NCBI GenBank assembly: GCA_944384385.1
Contig: CALWTG010000001.1
Location: forward strand, 1 to 46,145
DNA: 46,145 nt
DNA from: an uncultured Clostridia bacterium
GTDB taxonomy: Bacteria; Bacillota; Clostridia; Christensenellales; UBA1242
Direction of reading: 5' to 3'
A program made the translations under genes and the position numbers. The notes under the pieces are model-generated. The model was not told the origin of the DNA. It saw nothing but the letters and a program-made list of their open reading frames with translations, and did not search any database. Positions 17,690-26,250 of the stretch are shown here, piece after piece; position 1 is the stretch's first letter, and the number at the start of each line of letters is the position of its first letter.

Positions 17690-18239
17690 ATGGTGGCTTA
17701 TGGCCGTATATATCATTTTAGCAGTGCTTGTGGTATTGGTTGTTGCGTCTTGCTTCATACCAGTCAGCAAAAAGCCTGACATTGATGACCCACTAACATA
17801 CGAACTTCGTGTTGATGGAGTTGCTGAGACATTTTTAGCAGATAAGGAAAATAGTTCAGAGCGCTACAACGAAGTAAACAAAGAGTTCAACGATAGTTTC
17901 AGCGAAAGCTTTTTGGTATCACTTTTCTCTGGACGAATTGGATACACAAATAGCATAAGGTCAACATCAAGACCTTCAACATCGGGCTATACACTTTATC
18001 TTTATTATAACAGTGACAACGCACCAACTTTTACTTACAACAATACAACATATTACTATGACGAAATTCGTTTAACAATTTCAGAAGATAAAGGTATGAC
18101 ATCTCAGGAATTTTATTATGTTTGCAGTCCAGAGTTAAATAACTTCACAACAAACACAAATAGCACAAGATACTTCTTGCAAACATTTATTGCAAACTTT
18201 GACGGACTTTATGACTATTTAACCGAAGCACAGGCATAA
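17673..18239 (+). CDS. Hypothetical membrane-anchored protein
   Basis: ATG at 17673 is preceded by AGGAG and overlaps the ftsH 3' end by 17 nt. N-terminal TM WWLMAVYIILAVLVVLVVASCFI. No motif recognised. Confidence 0.55.
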   Translation: MTKKNRWWLMAVYIILAVLVVLVVASCFIPVSKKPDIDDPLTYELRVDGVAETFLADKENSSERYNEVNKEFNDSFSESFLVSLFSGRIGYTNSIRSTSRPSTSGYTLYLYYNSDNAPTFTYNNTTYYYDEIRLTISEDKGMTSQEFYYVCSPELNNFTTNTNSTRYFLQTFIANFDGLYDYLTEAQA

Positions 18240-18269
18240 AATATACACTGACATACAAAACGAACTTAT

Positions 18270-18300
18270 AAAAAAAACACGCAAATTTGCGTGTTTTTTA
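18270..18300. terminator. Bidirectional terminator between convergent genes
   Basis: aaaaaaACACGCAAATTTGCGTGTtttttt. Confidence 0.75.
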
Positions 18301-18966
18301 TTTTGTGCGTTCTTTTTTCTTTTTTCGTCCCTTAATTCCGAATATAATTGCAAGTATTGTTGCGCAGGTTATAAGCGTTGATATTGCCACAATCACTGAC
18401 CAATTTATGCCCGGAACGCGTAGATTTGATGTTTCAACATAGAATCTAACGATGTTATTATTTGAATCATAAAAGGCAATGTATGTGAAGTCTTTGTTTT
18501 TGTCATAGCCGTCAAGCACTTGAACGGGTGTGCCTTTTTTGAGAACTATATTTTCTTCAATGTATTTTTTTGTGTTCACATCATATGAATAAGTCTTTGT
18601 GTCATCATTTTTTATTGTTGCATTGTCGTCAAGCGTCTTTAAAGGTGAGGTTATTGTGCTATCAAGTGTTTGCGCTCTAAGGACATAGCCAACATCATTT
18701 TCACTTGCATTTGGTGCTATGCCATAGATGTAAACTCTATAAAACATATCACTATTTTGCTCCGAAGTGTTGTCAAGTGTGAGTTTTGTGCCAGTGTCAA
18801 CTTTCTCTACAAGTATTTCACTTTTTATGTCTGCTTCGCTATAAATTGCCGTTGGAACAAGTACTGTCACGCTTGCAATTTCATCGGCAAAAGTGGTGGC
18901 AAGTGGTGAAGAAATACCCAAACAAAGTGCAAAGCACAAAAATACTGTTAATATAAATTTTTTCAT
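18298..18966 (-). CDS. Hypothetical secreted protein with a C-terminal TM anchor (possibly SH3b-like modules)
   Basis: Signal peptide MKKFILTVFLCFALCLGISSPLATTFA. C-terminal TM WSVIVAISTLITCATILAIIFGI plus a basic tail. Segments such as LKKGTPVQVLDGYDKNKDFTYIAF look SH3b-like. Confidence 0.5.
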   Translation of the reverse strand: MKKFILTVFLCFALCLGISSPLATTFADEIASVTVLVPTAIYSEADIKSEILVEKVDTGTKLTLDNTSEQNSDMFYRVYIYGIAPNASENDVGYVLRAQTLDSTITSPLKTLDDNATIKNDDTKTYSYDVNTKKYIEENIVLKKGTPVQVLDGYDKNKDFTYIAFYDSNNNIVRFYVETSNLRVPGINWSVIVAISTLITCATILAIIFGIKGRKKKKERTK

Positions 18967-19008
18967 ATCAAATATTTTAACCTATTATGTAACTTTTTGC
19001 AAGGTTAT

Positions 19009-19037
19009 TTGACGAAAGTATTATGAAATGTTAAAAT
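19009..19037 (+). promoter_or_regulatory. Sigma-A type promoter for prfB
   Basis: TTGACG, a 17-nt spacer, then TAAAAT. Confidence 0.5.
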
Positions 19038-19057
19038 CTATTTTGTTAGGAGTTATT

Positions 19058-20159
19058 ATGATAATCATTCAAAATGTCAAAGAAGAGCAAGAAAAAAACA
19101 AACAAAATTTGCAAATAATAAAGGAGTGTCTTTGACATTCCAAAATTACAAAGTCAACAAAGCGAACTGGAAAAAGAGCAGCAAGACCCAAGTATTTTTT
19201 CTGACCAAGCAAAGAGTAAAAGGGTTGGACAGCAACTCAAAAACATTTCGACAAAACTTGAAAATGTTGTCCATCTAGAAAAACAGCTCGGCGAAATTGA
19301 CACAATAATTGAACTTTTGGAACTTGAAGATGATGAGAGTTTGGAAAAAGATTTGCAGGCTAGACTTGAAAATGTTAAAACCGAACTTGAAGATTTTAAA
19401 ATTGAAACGCTACTTAGTGGCAAGTATGACGAACTCAATGCTATTGTCACTTTGCACTCAGGAGCGGGCGGAACAGAGGCGCAGGACTGGACGCAAATGC
19501 TTTTTCGTATGTACTCAATGTACGCAGAAAAGCGTGGATATGATGTCAGCGTGCTTGACGAACTCCCAGGCGATGAGGCGGGAATTAAGAGCATAACATT
19601 TTTGGTGAGTGGCGAAAATGCCTATGGATATTTAAAGTGCGAAAAAGGTGTGCATAGGCTTGTAAGAATTTCACCTTTTGATGCGGGAGCAAGGCGTCAC
19701 ACAAGTTTTGCAAGTGTCGAAGTTATGCCAGAGATTGAAAGTTCGCCAGAAATTGAAATTAAGCCCGAAGATTTGAAAGTTGACACATATAGGTCAAGTG
19801 GCGCAGGTGGTCAGCACATAAACAAGACAGAAAGCGCAATAAGAATAACACACATTCCAACAGGTATTGTTGTTAGTTGCCAAACAGAGCGAAGCCAAAT
19901 TCAAAACCGTGAAACGGCGATGAAAATGCTATATAGTAAACTTGCTGAGAAAAAAGAAGAAGAGGAAATGGCTAAACTTTCGCAAATTAAAGGCGAGATT
20001 AAAAAAATTGAGTGGGGAAGCCAAATACGAAGTTATGTATTTTGTCCTTACACACTTGTCAAAGATCACAGGACAGGTTATGAAACATCCAACATTGAAG
20101 ATGTCATGAACGGAAACATTCAACCTTTTATCAACGACTATTTAATTAAAAGTAATTAA
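19058..20159 (+). CDS. prfB: Peptide chain release factor 2, made by a programmed +1 frameshift (19058..19132 joined to 19134..20159)
   Basis: Frame 0 reads MIIIQNVKEEQEKNKQNLQIIKECL and then an in-frame TGA. The +1 frame continues DIPKLQSQQSELEKEQQDPSIF... through the SPF (RISPFD) and GGQ (SGAGGQHINKTESA) motifs. The track shows only the last 280 aa. Confidence 0.9.
19121..19136 (+). promoter_or_regulatory. prfB +1 frameshift site (SD-like AGGAG + CTT TGA C)
   Basis: aAGGAGtgtCTTTGAC: an internal SD-like element sits 3 nt before the slippery CTT-TGA-C, as in the canonical RF2 autoregulatory site. Confidence 0.85.
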
Positions 20160-20169
20160 GGTGTTTAAT

Positions 20170-21222
20170 ATGCAAATTTCAGAAGATATATTTAATAAGT
20201 TAAAAGATAAAAAAAGCGTAAAAATACTTGCCATTGAGTCAAGTTGTGACGAAACAAGTGTCGCAGTGGTTGAAAATGGAAGAAATGTGCTTTCAAATGT
20301 AATTGCATCGCAAATAGACATTCACACACGATTTGGTGGAGTTGTGCCAGAGATTGCATCGAGAAATCACATAACGGCGATATCCAATGTCACAAGGCAG
20401 GCACTAAAAGACGCAAACTGCACACTTGACGACATTGATGCAATAGCCGTCACCTATGGCGCAGGACTACTTGGTGCACTACTAGTTGGAATAAGTTTTG
20501 CAAAAGGTCTTGCGTATATGTCGCATAAACCACTAATTGCAGTCAGCCACATCAAAGGTCACATTGCAGCAAACTATGTTTCACATATTGACTTAAAGCC
20601 ACCTTTTGTTTGTCTACTCGTCAGTGGTGGACACACTGCAATTTTGGACGTGACAGATTACACACATACAAAACTTTTAGGCACGACAATAGACGATGCA
20701 GTTGGCGAAGCTTTTGATAAAGTCGCAAGAGTTATTGGACTTGGCTATCCAGGTGGTCCAAAGATAGATAAAATGGCAAAACTTGGCAAAAATAACATTG
20801 AGTTTAGACACAAATACACTCTTGAAAACTCTCTCAATTTCAGTTTTAGTGGTATAAAGACGGCGGTTATAAACTATGTCCACAAACTTGAACAAAAAGG
20901 CGAGAAGTTGCCCGTAGAAGATATTGCAACAAGTTTTCAAGAAGTGGTTACAGATGAGCTTGCAGGAAAAGCAATAAAGGCAACAAAGAGTTTAAAGAGA
21001 AAGACGCTAGTAATAGCTGGTGGCGTTGGAGCAAATTCAAGACTTCAAGAAAAGCTAAGCAAAATGTGTGAAAGTGAAGGAATAAAACTATATTTCCCAA
21101 GTCTAAAACTTTGCACAGACAACGGAGCGATGATTGGCTCATATGCCTACTATCAACTTTTAGATGACAAACAAATAGCAGACCTTGACCTTACGGCAAA
21201 GTCAGTTGTACCACTAAATTAG
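20170..21222 (+). CDS. tsaD: tRNA N6-adenosine threonylcarbamoyltransferase TsaD
   Basis: ILAIESSCDETSVAVV, the HIKGHI His motif and the GGVGANSRL C-terminal block. AAGGTG RBS precedes the ATG at 20170. Confidence 0.9.
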   Translation: MQISEDIFNKLKDKKSVKILAIESSCDETSVAVVENGRNVLSNVIASQIDIHTRFGGVVPEIASRNHITAISNVTRQALKDANCTLDDIDAIAVTYGAGLLGALLVGISFAKGLAYMSHKPLIAVSHIKGHIAANYVSHIDLKPPFVCLLVSGGHTAILDVTDYTHTKLLGTTIDDAVGEAFDKVARVIGLGYPGGPKIDKMAKLGKNNIEFRHKYTLENSLNFSFSGIKTAVINYVHKLEQKGEKLPVEDIATSFQEVVTDELAGKAIKATKSLKRKTLVIAGGVGANSRLQEKLSKMCESEGIKLYFPSLKLCTDNGAMIGSYAYYQLLDDKQIADLDLTAKSVVPLN

Positions 21223-21231
21223 GAGGGTGAA

Positions 21232-22431
21232 ATGAACATATTTAAAAAAATATATTGCAGGACATATCAACTTGTGATGAGAATAGCGATGCCTTTTTTG
21301 CCATATCGTCAACCAAAAATTTTGACAAATTACGCTTCGCTTGCTCAAACTTTGAAAAGTTTGAATTTAGACAGCGTTTTATGCGTTGCCGATAAGACAA
21401 TAGTTTCACTCGGACTTACGGCAGAACTTGAAGATGAACTAAAAAAAGAAAAAATAAAGTACACAATTTACGACAAAACTGTGCCAAACCCAACAACAGA
21501 CAATGTTCTCGAAGCGCTTGAAGTTTACACAAAAAATTCATGTAACGCCATTGTCGCTATTGGTGGAGGCTCAGTGATGGACTGCGCAAAAGCAGTTGGA
21601 GCAAAAGTTGCAAGACCAAACAAAGAATTAAACAAAATGGCAGGCGTTTTGAAGGTTAGGAAAAAGACGCCAACAATTTTCGCAATTCCAACCACTGCGG
21701 GCACAGGAAGTGAAACCACTATTGCAAGTGTTATAACCGACAGCCAGACAAGACACAAGTATGCAATAAATGATTTTGTTTTGATTCCTTCATATGCAAT
21801 TTTGGACGCAAACTTAACGCTTGGTCTTCCTCCAAAAGTTACGGCTACGACAGGTATGGATGCACTCACTCATGCAGTTGAGGCATATATTGGCAAAAGC
21901 ACAACAAAAAAGACACGAGGCTATGCACTTAGTGCAATGAAACTAATATTTGACAATTTGCTAGTTGTATACAGTGACGGCAAAAATCTTGAAGCAAGAA
22001 AAAATATGCTCAAAGCGTCATATCTTGCTGGACTTGCTTTCACTCAGTCATATGTTGGATATGTTCATGCAGTTGCACATTCGCTTGGCGGGAAATATAA
22101 TGTTGCTCATGGTGAAGCAAATGCAATTTTACTCCCAGTTGTTTTGAAAAGATACGGTAGCAAAATATACAAAAAACTTCAAAAAATATGCTTAAATCTC
22201 AATTTTTGCGACACGACACTATCAAGACAGGAGTGCGCTGAGCTTTTCATTAAAAAGATTGAAGATTTGAACAAGAGCATGAATATAGATACTGCTATTC
22301 CACAAATTGTGCTTGAAGATGTGCCTTCTCTTGCAAAAACTGCCGACAAAGAAGCTAACCCACTTTATCCCGTTCCTGTGCTTTTTGATGCAAGACAACT
22401 ACAAATCATATATTATGAAGTAATGAAATAA
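21232..22431 (+). CDS. Iron-containing (group III) alcohol dehydrogenase
   Basis: GGGSVMDCAKAV NAD(P)-binding block. The His-rich metal site is in HAVEAY...HAVAHSLGGKYNVAHGEANA. RBS AGGAGGG. Confidence 0.85.
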   Translation: MNIFKKIYCRTYQLVMRIAMPFLPYRQPKILTNYASLAQTLKSLNLDSVLCVADKTIVSLGLTAELEDELKKEKIKYTIYDKTVPNPTTDNVLEALEVYTKNSCNAIVAIGGGSVMDCAKAVGAKVARPNKELNKMAGVLKVRKKTPTIFAIPTTAGTGSETTIASVITDSQTRHKYAINDFVLIPSYAILDANLTLGLPPKVTATTGMDALTHAVEAYIGKSTTKKTRGYALSAMKLIFDNLLVVYSDGKNLEARKNMLKASYLAGLAFTQSYVGYVHAVAHSLGGKYNVAHGEANAILLPVVLKRYGSKIYKKLQKICLNLNFCDTTLSRQECAELFIKKIEDLNKSMNIDTAIPQIVLEDVPSLAKTADKEANPLYPVPVLFDARQLQIIYYEVMK

Positions 22432-22457
22432 AACAAAATTACAAATGAGGAGAAATT

Positions 22458-23168
22458 ATGAAAAAAGCATTTTTTATTGTTAATATGTTGCTTTTAGCTG
22501 TTCTTTTGGCTCTTGATGTCGTGTATATCGTTGAGAAGACATTGCTAATAAAAGCAATAACAAGTTCGGTTTTTGTCATTATTGGCATAATAAATACAGT
22601 TTTTGCCATAAAGAGCAAAGCAAATCTTAAATTTCCTATTGTTATGCTGATTGGACTTGTGCTTGCAATGCTTGGGGACATATTGCTTGGAATTGACTTT
22701 ATAGTCGGCGCTGGACTTTTTGCTGGTGGGCATGTGCTTTTCTTTATTTCATATTGCATGCTCTCAAAATTTACACTAAAAGACCTTATCTATGGCGTAG
22801 TAATATTTGTGCCATCAGTACTTTTCATGGTGCTTGCACCGATGTTTGAATACGGCGGGGCACTTATGGAAGTTGTATGCGTAGTGTATGCACTTATCAT
22901 ATCTTTTATGGTTGGCAAATCAATTTCGCTTTTGGTTTCACAAAAAGATATGCTATCACTTTTGATACTGATTGGTAGTGTGATGTTCTTCTTAAGTGAC
23001 TTTATGCTCCTATTGGTCAGATTTGGTGGCGTTGCTGTCGCTGATATATTGTGCTTAGTGCTTTATTATCCAGCAGAATTTTTGCTTGCATTTTCAATAT
23101 TTGTCCACTCATTAAAAAGTGCGAGTGATGTCGATGTAAAAGATGGTGAAAAAGTAGGTGAGCAATGA
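22458..23168 (+). CDS. YhhN (lysoplasmalogenase-like, TMEM86) family membrane protein
   Basis: About 8 TM segments with MLGDILL and FFLSDFML blocks typical of YhhN. Confidence 0.7.
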   Translation: MKKAFFIVNMLLLAVLLALDVVYIVEKTLLIKAITSSVFVIIGIINTVFAIKSKANLKFPIVMLIGLVLAMLGDILLGIDFIVGAGLFAGGHVLFFISYCMLSKFTLKDLIYGVVIFVPSVLFMVLAPMFEYGGALMEVVCVVYALIISFMVGKSISLLVSQKDMLSLLILIGSVMFFLSDFMLLLVRFGGVAVADILCLVLYYPAEFLLAFSIFVHSLKSASDVDVKDGEKVGEQ

Positions 23169-23782
23169 AAATAGTTTTGGCTTCAAACAATAAAAACAAA
23201 ATAAAAGAATTCAAGCAAATACTTGACGATTTTGAATTTTTGACGCTAAATGACATAGGTTTTCTTGATGATATAGAAGAAACAGGCACAACATTTTTTG
23301 AAAATGCAAAAATAAAAGCGCAAACTGTTCAAAATTATTTACATGGCAAAAAGTTATCTTTGCCAGTGCTTAGTGACGACAGTGGGCTTTGTGTCAATTC
23401 ATTAAATGGCGAACCAGGGGTTTATAGTGCGAGATATAGCGGTGAACATGGTAACAATGAAAACAATAGGCAAAAATTATTAAAAAGTCTTCAAGGCAAA
23501 GAAGACAGGAGTGCGTATTTTGAATGTGTTTTGGTGCTTATGTATCCAAACGGCGAAATAATATCAGCACAGGGCAAAACTAGCGGGCATATCACAACAG
23601 AGTACCATGGTTCAACAGAATTTTGTTATGATTGCATTTTTTACTCAGATGACTTAAAAAAGACTTTTGGTGAAGCGAGCATTGAAGAGAAAAACAGTGT
23701 TTCGCATAGGTCAAGGGCAATTAAAAATCTTCTTAGTGCCATAAATGAAGAAAAAAGCAAGGGTAAGGTTAAAACATTTTGA
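23165..23782 (+). CDS. rdgB: RdgB/HAM1 family non-canonical purine NTP pyrophosphatase
   Basis: KIVLASNNKNKIKEF..., ETGTTFFENAKIKA, DDSGLCV, GEPGVYSARY and SHR near the C-terminus. Overlaps the upstream gene by 4 nt. Confidence 0.9.
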   Translation: MKIVLASNNKNKIKEFKQILDDFEFLTLNDIGFLDDIEETGTTFFENAKIKAQTVQNYLHGKKLSLPVLSDDSGLCVNSLNGEPGVYSARYSGEHGNNENNRQKLLKSLQGKEDRSAYFECVLVLMYPNGEIISAQGKTSGHITTEYHGSTEFCYDCIFYSDDLKKTFGEASIEEKNSVSHRSRAIKNLLSAINEEKSKGKVKTF

Positions 23783-23795
23783 AACTAGCAGAATA
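23777..23795 (+). repeat. Left copy of a perfect 19-bp inverted repeat
   Basis: TTTTGAAACTAGCAGAATA overlaps the rdgB stop codon. Its exact reverse complement lies at 26203-26221. Confidence 0.9.
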
Positions 23796-23808
23796 AACAA
23801 GAAAAAAG

Positions 23809-23839
23809 GAGTTTTACTTTTAAAGTAAAACTCTTTTTT
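23809..23839. terminator. Bidirectional terminator shared by rdgB and the ABC operon
   Basis: aaaaaagGAGTTTTACTTTtAAAGTAAAACTCtttttt (12-bp stem). Confidence 0.75.
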
Positions 23840-23940
23840 ATAATTAGTTTCAAAAATTATAGACAGATTAAATACTTTTGAAACAGATAAAAATTTGATA
23901 AGTAGTGTATAAAGTGTTTGAATTTTAAGATTACTGAGTT

Positions 23941-24843
23941 TTAGTTTTTTTTCTTAAATTTATTTATAAACAAGAAAACTCCAAGCAATACAATTGTTGA
24001 AATGCTTATCACCAAAATCAGTGCAAGTGTTGAAACATCATGGCCGAAAAACGACATTTTCACATCAAACCCGCTGGCAACACCATTTATCATTCCTTGT
24101 GGCAAAGTTTCTCTCATCCTATTTAAAACACTGTTTAAAAACCCTTGTCTGAACAAAACGGTTGCGTAAGTGCCTGGCAAAAGAGAAACAAAGTATTGCA
24201 TACCTTGCCCCATTGTGCTAATCGGCATATATGCACCACAAATAAATCCGTATAAGGCAGAAACAAGAGTGCAAACCCCACTTACTACTCCTTGGGAATG
24301 GGTGAAGGTCCAAATTATATTTGCTAAAATTGTACCAAAAAGCGAGGTTATAATAATCCCAAAAACAATTAATAAAATATCAACAAAAGTGATATAAAAT
24401 CCAACACAGGCAAGATAAATTAGCCCGACTATGAGTAAAACAAAAGTAATTATAAATGTAGAAAATAAATTTGCTAACACATAACTTAATTGAAGTGTAC
24501 TTTTTTTAACTGGCGATACCATAAGGTCTATGTTTGCTCTATTTATTTTATCAATAACCATCATTCCTGAACAAAATGCAACAGTTATACAAGAAGTTGC
24601 AAGAACGGATGAAAACAGCCACCCACCAGTGAAGGCATCAATTAGGCTTTGGTCCAAATCAAAACCTTGGATTATTGAAAGAATGCTGTCTTCATAAGTT
24701 GATTTTAAAAAAGCTATAAAGAGAACAAGTAAAATAAGTGGGGTTATAAGTGAAACCCAAAAGGTCATTTTGTCTTTGAAGTATAATTTTATATTTCGTA
24801 AAGTCAAATACCTCATCTTTCTTAGTTCTGACTGTTTATTCAT
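23941..24843 (-). CDS. ABC-2 type exporter permease
   Basis: 300 aa and about 6 TM segments. Overlaps the ATPase gene by 4 nt. The architecture matches ABC-2/DrrB-like permeases. Confidence 0.8.
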   Translation of the reverse strand: MNKQSELRKMRYLTLRNIKLYFKDKMTFWVSLITPLILLVLFIAFLKSTYEDSILSIIQGFDLDQSLIDAFTGGWLFSSVLATSCITVAFCSGMMVIDKINRANIDLMVSPVKKSTLQLSYVLANLFSTFIITFVLLIVGLIYLACVGFYITFVDILLIVFGIIITSLFGTILANIIWTFTHSQGVVSGVCTLVSALYGFICGAYMPISTMGQGMQYFVSLLPGTYATVLFRQGFLNSVLNRMRETLPQGMINGVASGFDVKMSFFGHDVSTLALILVISISTIVLLGVFLFINKFKKKN

Positions 24844-25754
24844 ATATTCTCCTTCAATTCTTTTCCTGTGATAGATAAAAAGACATCATCCATTGAACCT
24901 TTTACAATTTCAATATCTTTAAATAGGTTGTTGTGCTTCACTAGAAAATTTTTCGCTTCATCTGTGCTTTTAAACAGTATTTCTAAGCAATTCTTTTCTT
25001 TTTTATATGGTATTTTTGCCTTATCTAAAATCTCAAAAATACTGTTGTCGTATTTATATGCTTTAATGTAATCGTTGGCGTACTTATTCTTTAAAGTTAA
25101 AGGAGAACCTTCGGCAACAATTTTTCCACCATCAATAATAACAACATTATCGGCGATACTTGCTTCTTCCATATAATGAGTGGTTAATAGCACTGTCAAA
25201 TTTGTTGTTTTTCTTAATTCGTTAATCGTATCCCAAACAAGTTTTCTTGTCTTTGGGTCAAGCCCAGTTGTTGGTTCATCAAGTATTAAAATATTGGGCT
25301 TATGTAAAAGTGCTCTCACAATATCCACTTTTCGTTTTTGACCACCCCTTAACTTATCAAGTTGTTTTTTTAAGATTTGTCCGAGGTCAAGTTTATCTAT
25401 GAAATATTTTAAATTATTTTCAAATTCTTTTTTGTCCATACCATAAAGCATTGCTCTATATCTTAAATTGTCATACACAGATAGTTTTTTATCAAGTACA
25501 GATGTTTGAAAAACAATTCCAATACTTGGTAAAATTTTAGAAATTTCATCCACTGAAAAATTATTAACAAAACAGTCGCCACTATCACGCTTTAACACGC
25601 CAACAAGAATATTGATAGTTGTGCTTTTCCCTGCTCCATTTAACCCTAAAAAAGCAAACAACTCACCCTCTTCGACAGAAAATGTAATATCATCAACTGC
25701 TTTTGTGTCGCCAAAAAATTTCTTTAGATTCCTTATCTCAATAATATGACTCAT
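24840..25754 (-). CDS. ABC transporter ATP-binding protein (DrrA/CcmA-like)
   Basis: Walker A GLNGAGKSTT, signature variant LRGGQKRKV, Walker B ILILDEPTTGLD. Confidence 0.9.
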   Translation of the reverse strand: MSHIIEIRNLKKFFGDTKAVDDITFSVEEGELFAFLGLNGAGKSTTINILVGVLKRDSGDCFVNNFSVDEISKILPSIGIVFQTSVLDKKLSVYDNLRYRAMLYGMDKKEFENNLKYFIDKLDLGQILKKQLDKLRGGQKRKVDIVRALLHKPNILILDEPTTGLDPKTRKLVWDTINELRKTTNLTVLLTTHYMEEASIADNVVIIDGGKIVAEGSPLTLKNKYANDYIKAYKYDNSIFEILDKAKIPYKKEKNCLEILFKSTDEAKNFLVKHNNLFKDIEIVKGSMDDVFLSITGKELKENI

Positions 25755-25819
25755 AAAAATCCTTTAATTTTTTGATTTTCAATTTAAAATTATTGTATCA
25801 TAAAACTTTATGTATTGTC

Positions 25820-25852
25820 TATCGTATGGTGAAAACATAAATCTATACGATA
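25820..25852. promoter_or_regulatory. Inverted repeat upstream of the ABC operon (possible operator)
   Basis: TATCGTAT-N17-ATACGATA lies 66-98 nt upstream of the ATPase start codon. Confidence 0.3.
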
Positions 25853-25953
25853 ATAAAAGTGTGTATTGAAATAAAAAAGAATATAAATTGACTATGTTGT
25901 TAGAGAAATTTAAAAAATCATAAAAGATACTTTAATATAATTTGGCTGTTAGA

Positions 25954-26008
25954 CGTGTGCTTGTCTTGATACAAGTGTCGTCGCTTCGCTCCGACAGACA
26001 AGCACGCG
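25954..26008. other. Long GC-rich hairpin in the ABC operon upstream region
   Basis: CGTGTGCTTGTCT ... AGACAAGCACGCG: about a 13-bp stem (one G-U pair) enclosing 29 nt that contain an inner GTCG/CGAC pairing. Confidence 0.5.
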
Positions 26009-26159
26009 CAAATAATCTATTTTCTAGTGTAAACGAATGTTCTTTGTTGTCAAGGTTAAAGTGCATGTCAAAAGATTTGTAGATGTTGTGTTTCTCACGA
26101 CAACCTATGACAACGACAGAAGTATTCGTTTTTTTTGCAATTAAGAGAGTTAGGTGTAA

Positions 26160-26200
26160 AAAGAGAAACATAGACGATTTTTTGGTCTATGTTTCTCTTT
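26160..26200 (-). terminator. Intrinsic terminator of the DUF362 gene
   Basis: AAAGAGAAACATAGAC-N9-GTCTATGTTTCTCTTT: a perfect 16-bp stem. The T-rich 3' side is on the minus strand. Confidence 0.75.
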
Positions 26201-26202
26201 AA

Positions 26203-26221
26203 TATTCTGCTAGTTTCAAAA
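26203..26221 (-). repeat. Right copy of the perfect 19-bp inverted repeat
   Basis: TATTCTGCTAGTTTCAAAA is the exact reverse complement of 23777-23795. It lies between the DUF362 stop codon and its terminator. Confidence 0.9.
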
Positions 26222-26250
26222 GTAAGTGACTAAAACCTTGTTTTTTATAT

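Noticed and set aside
19154-19596. 146-aa minus-strand ORF and 95-aa + strand ORF at the prfB 5' region
   Set aside because: They lie antisense or out of frame to the prfB N-terminal domain once the +1 frameshift is taken into account.
25932-26171. 79-aa minus-strand ORF upstream of the ABC operon
   Set aside because: It has no RBS, spans the GC-rich hairpin, reaches into the DUF362 terminator stem and shows no protein-like pattern.
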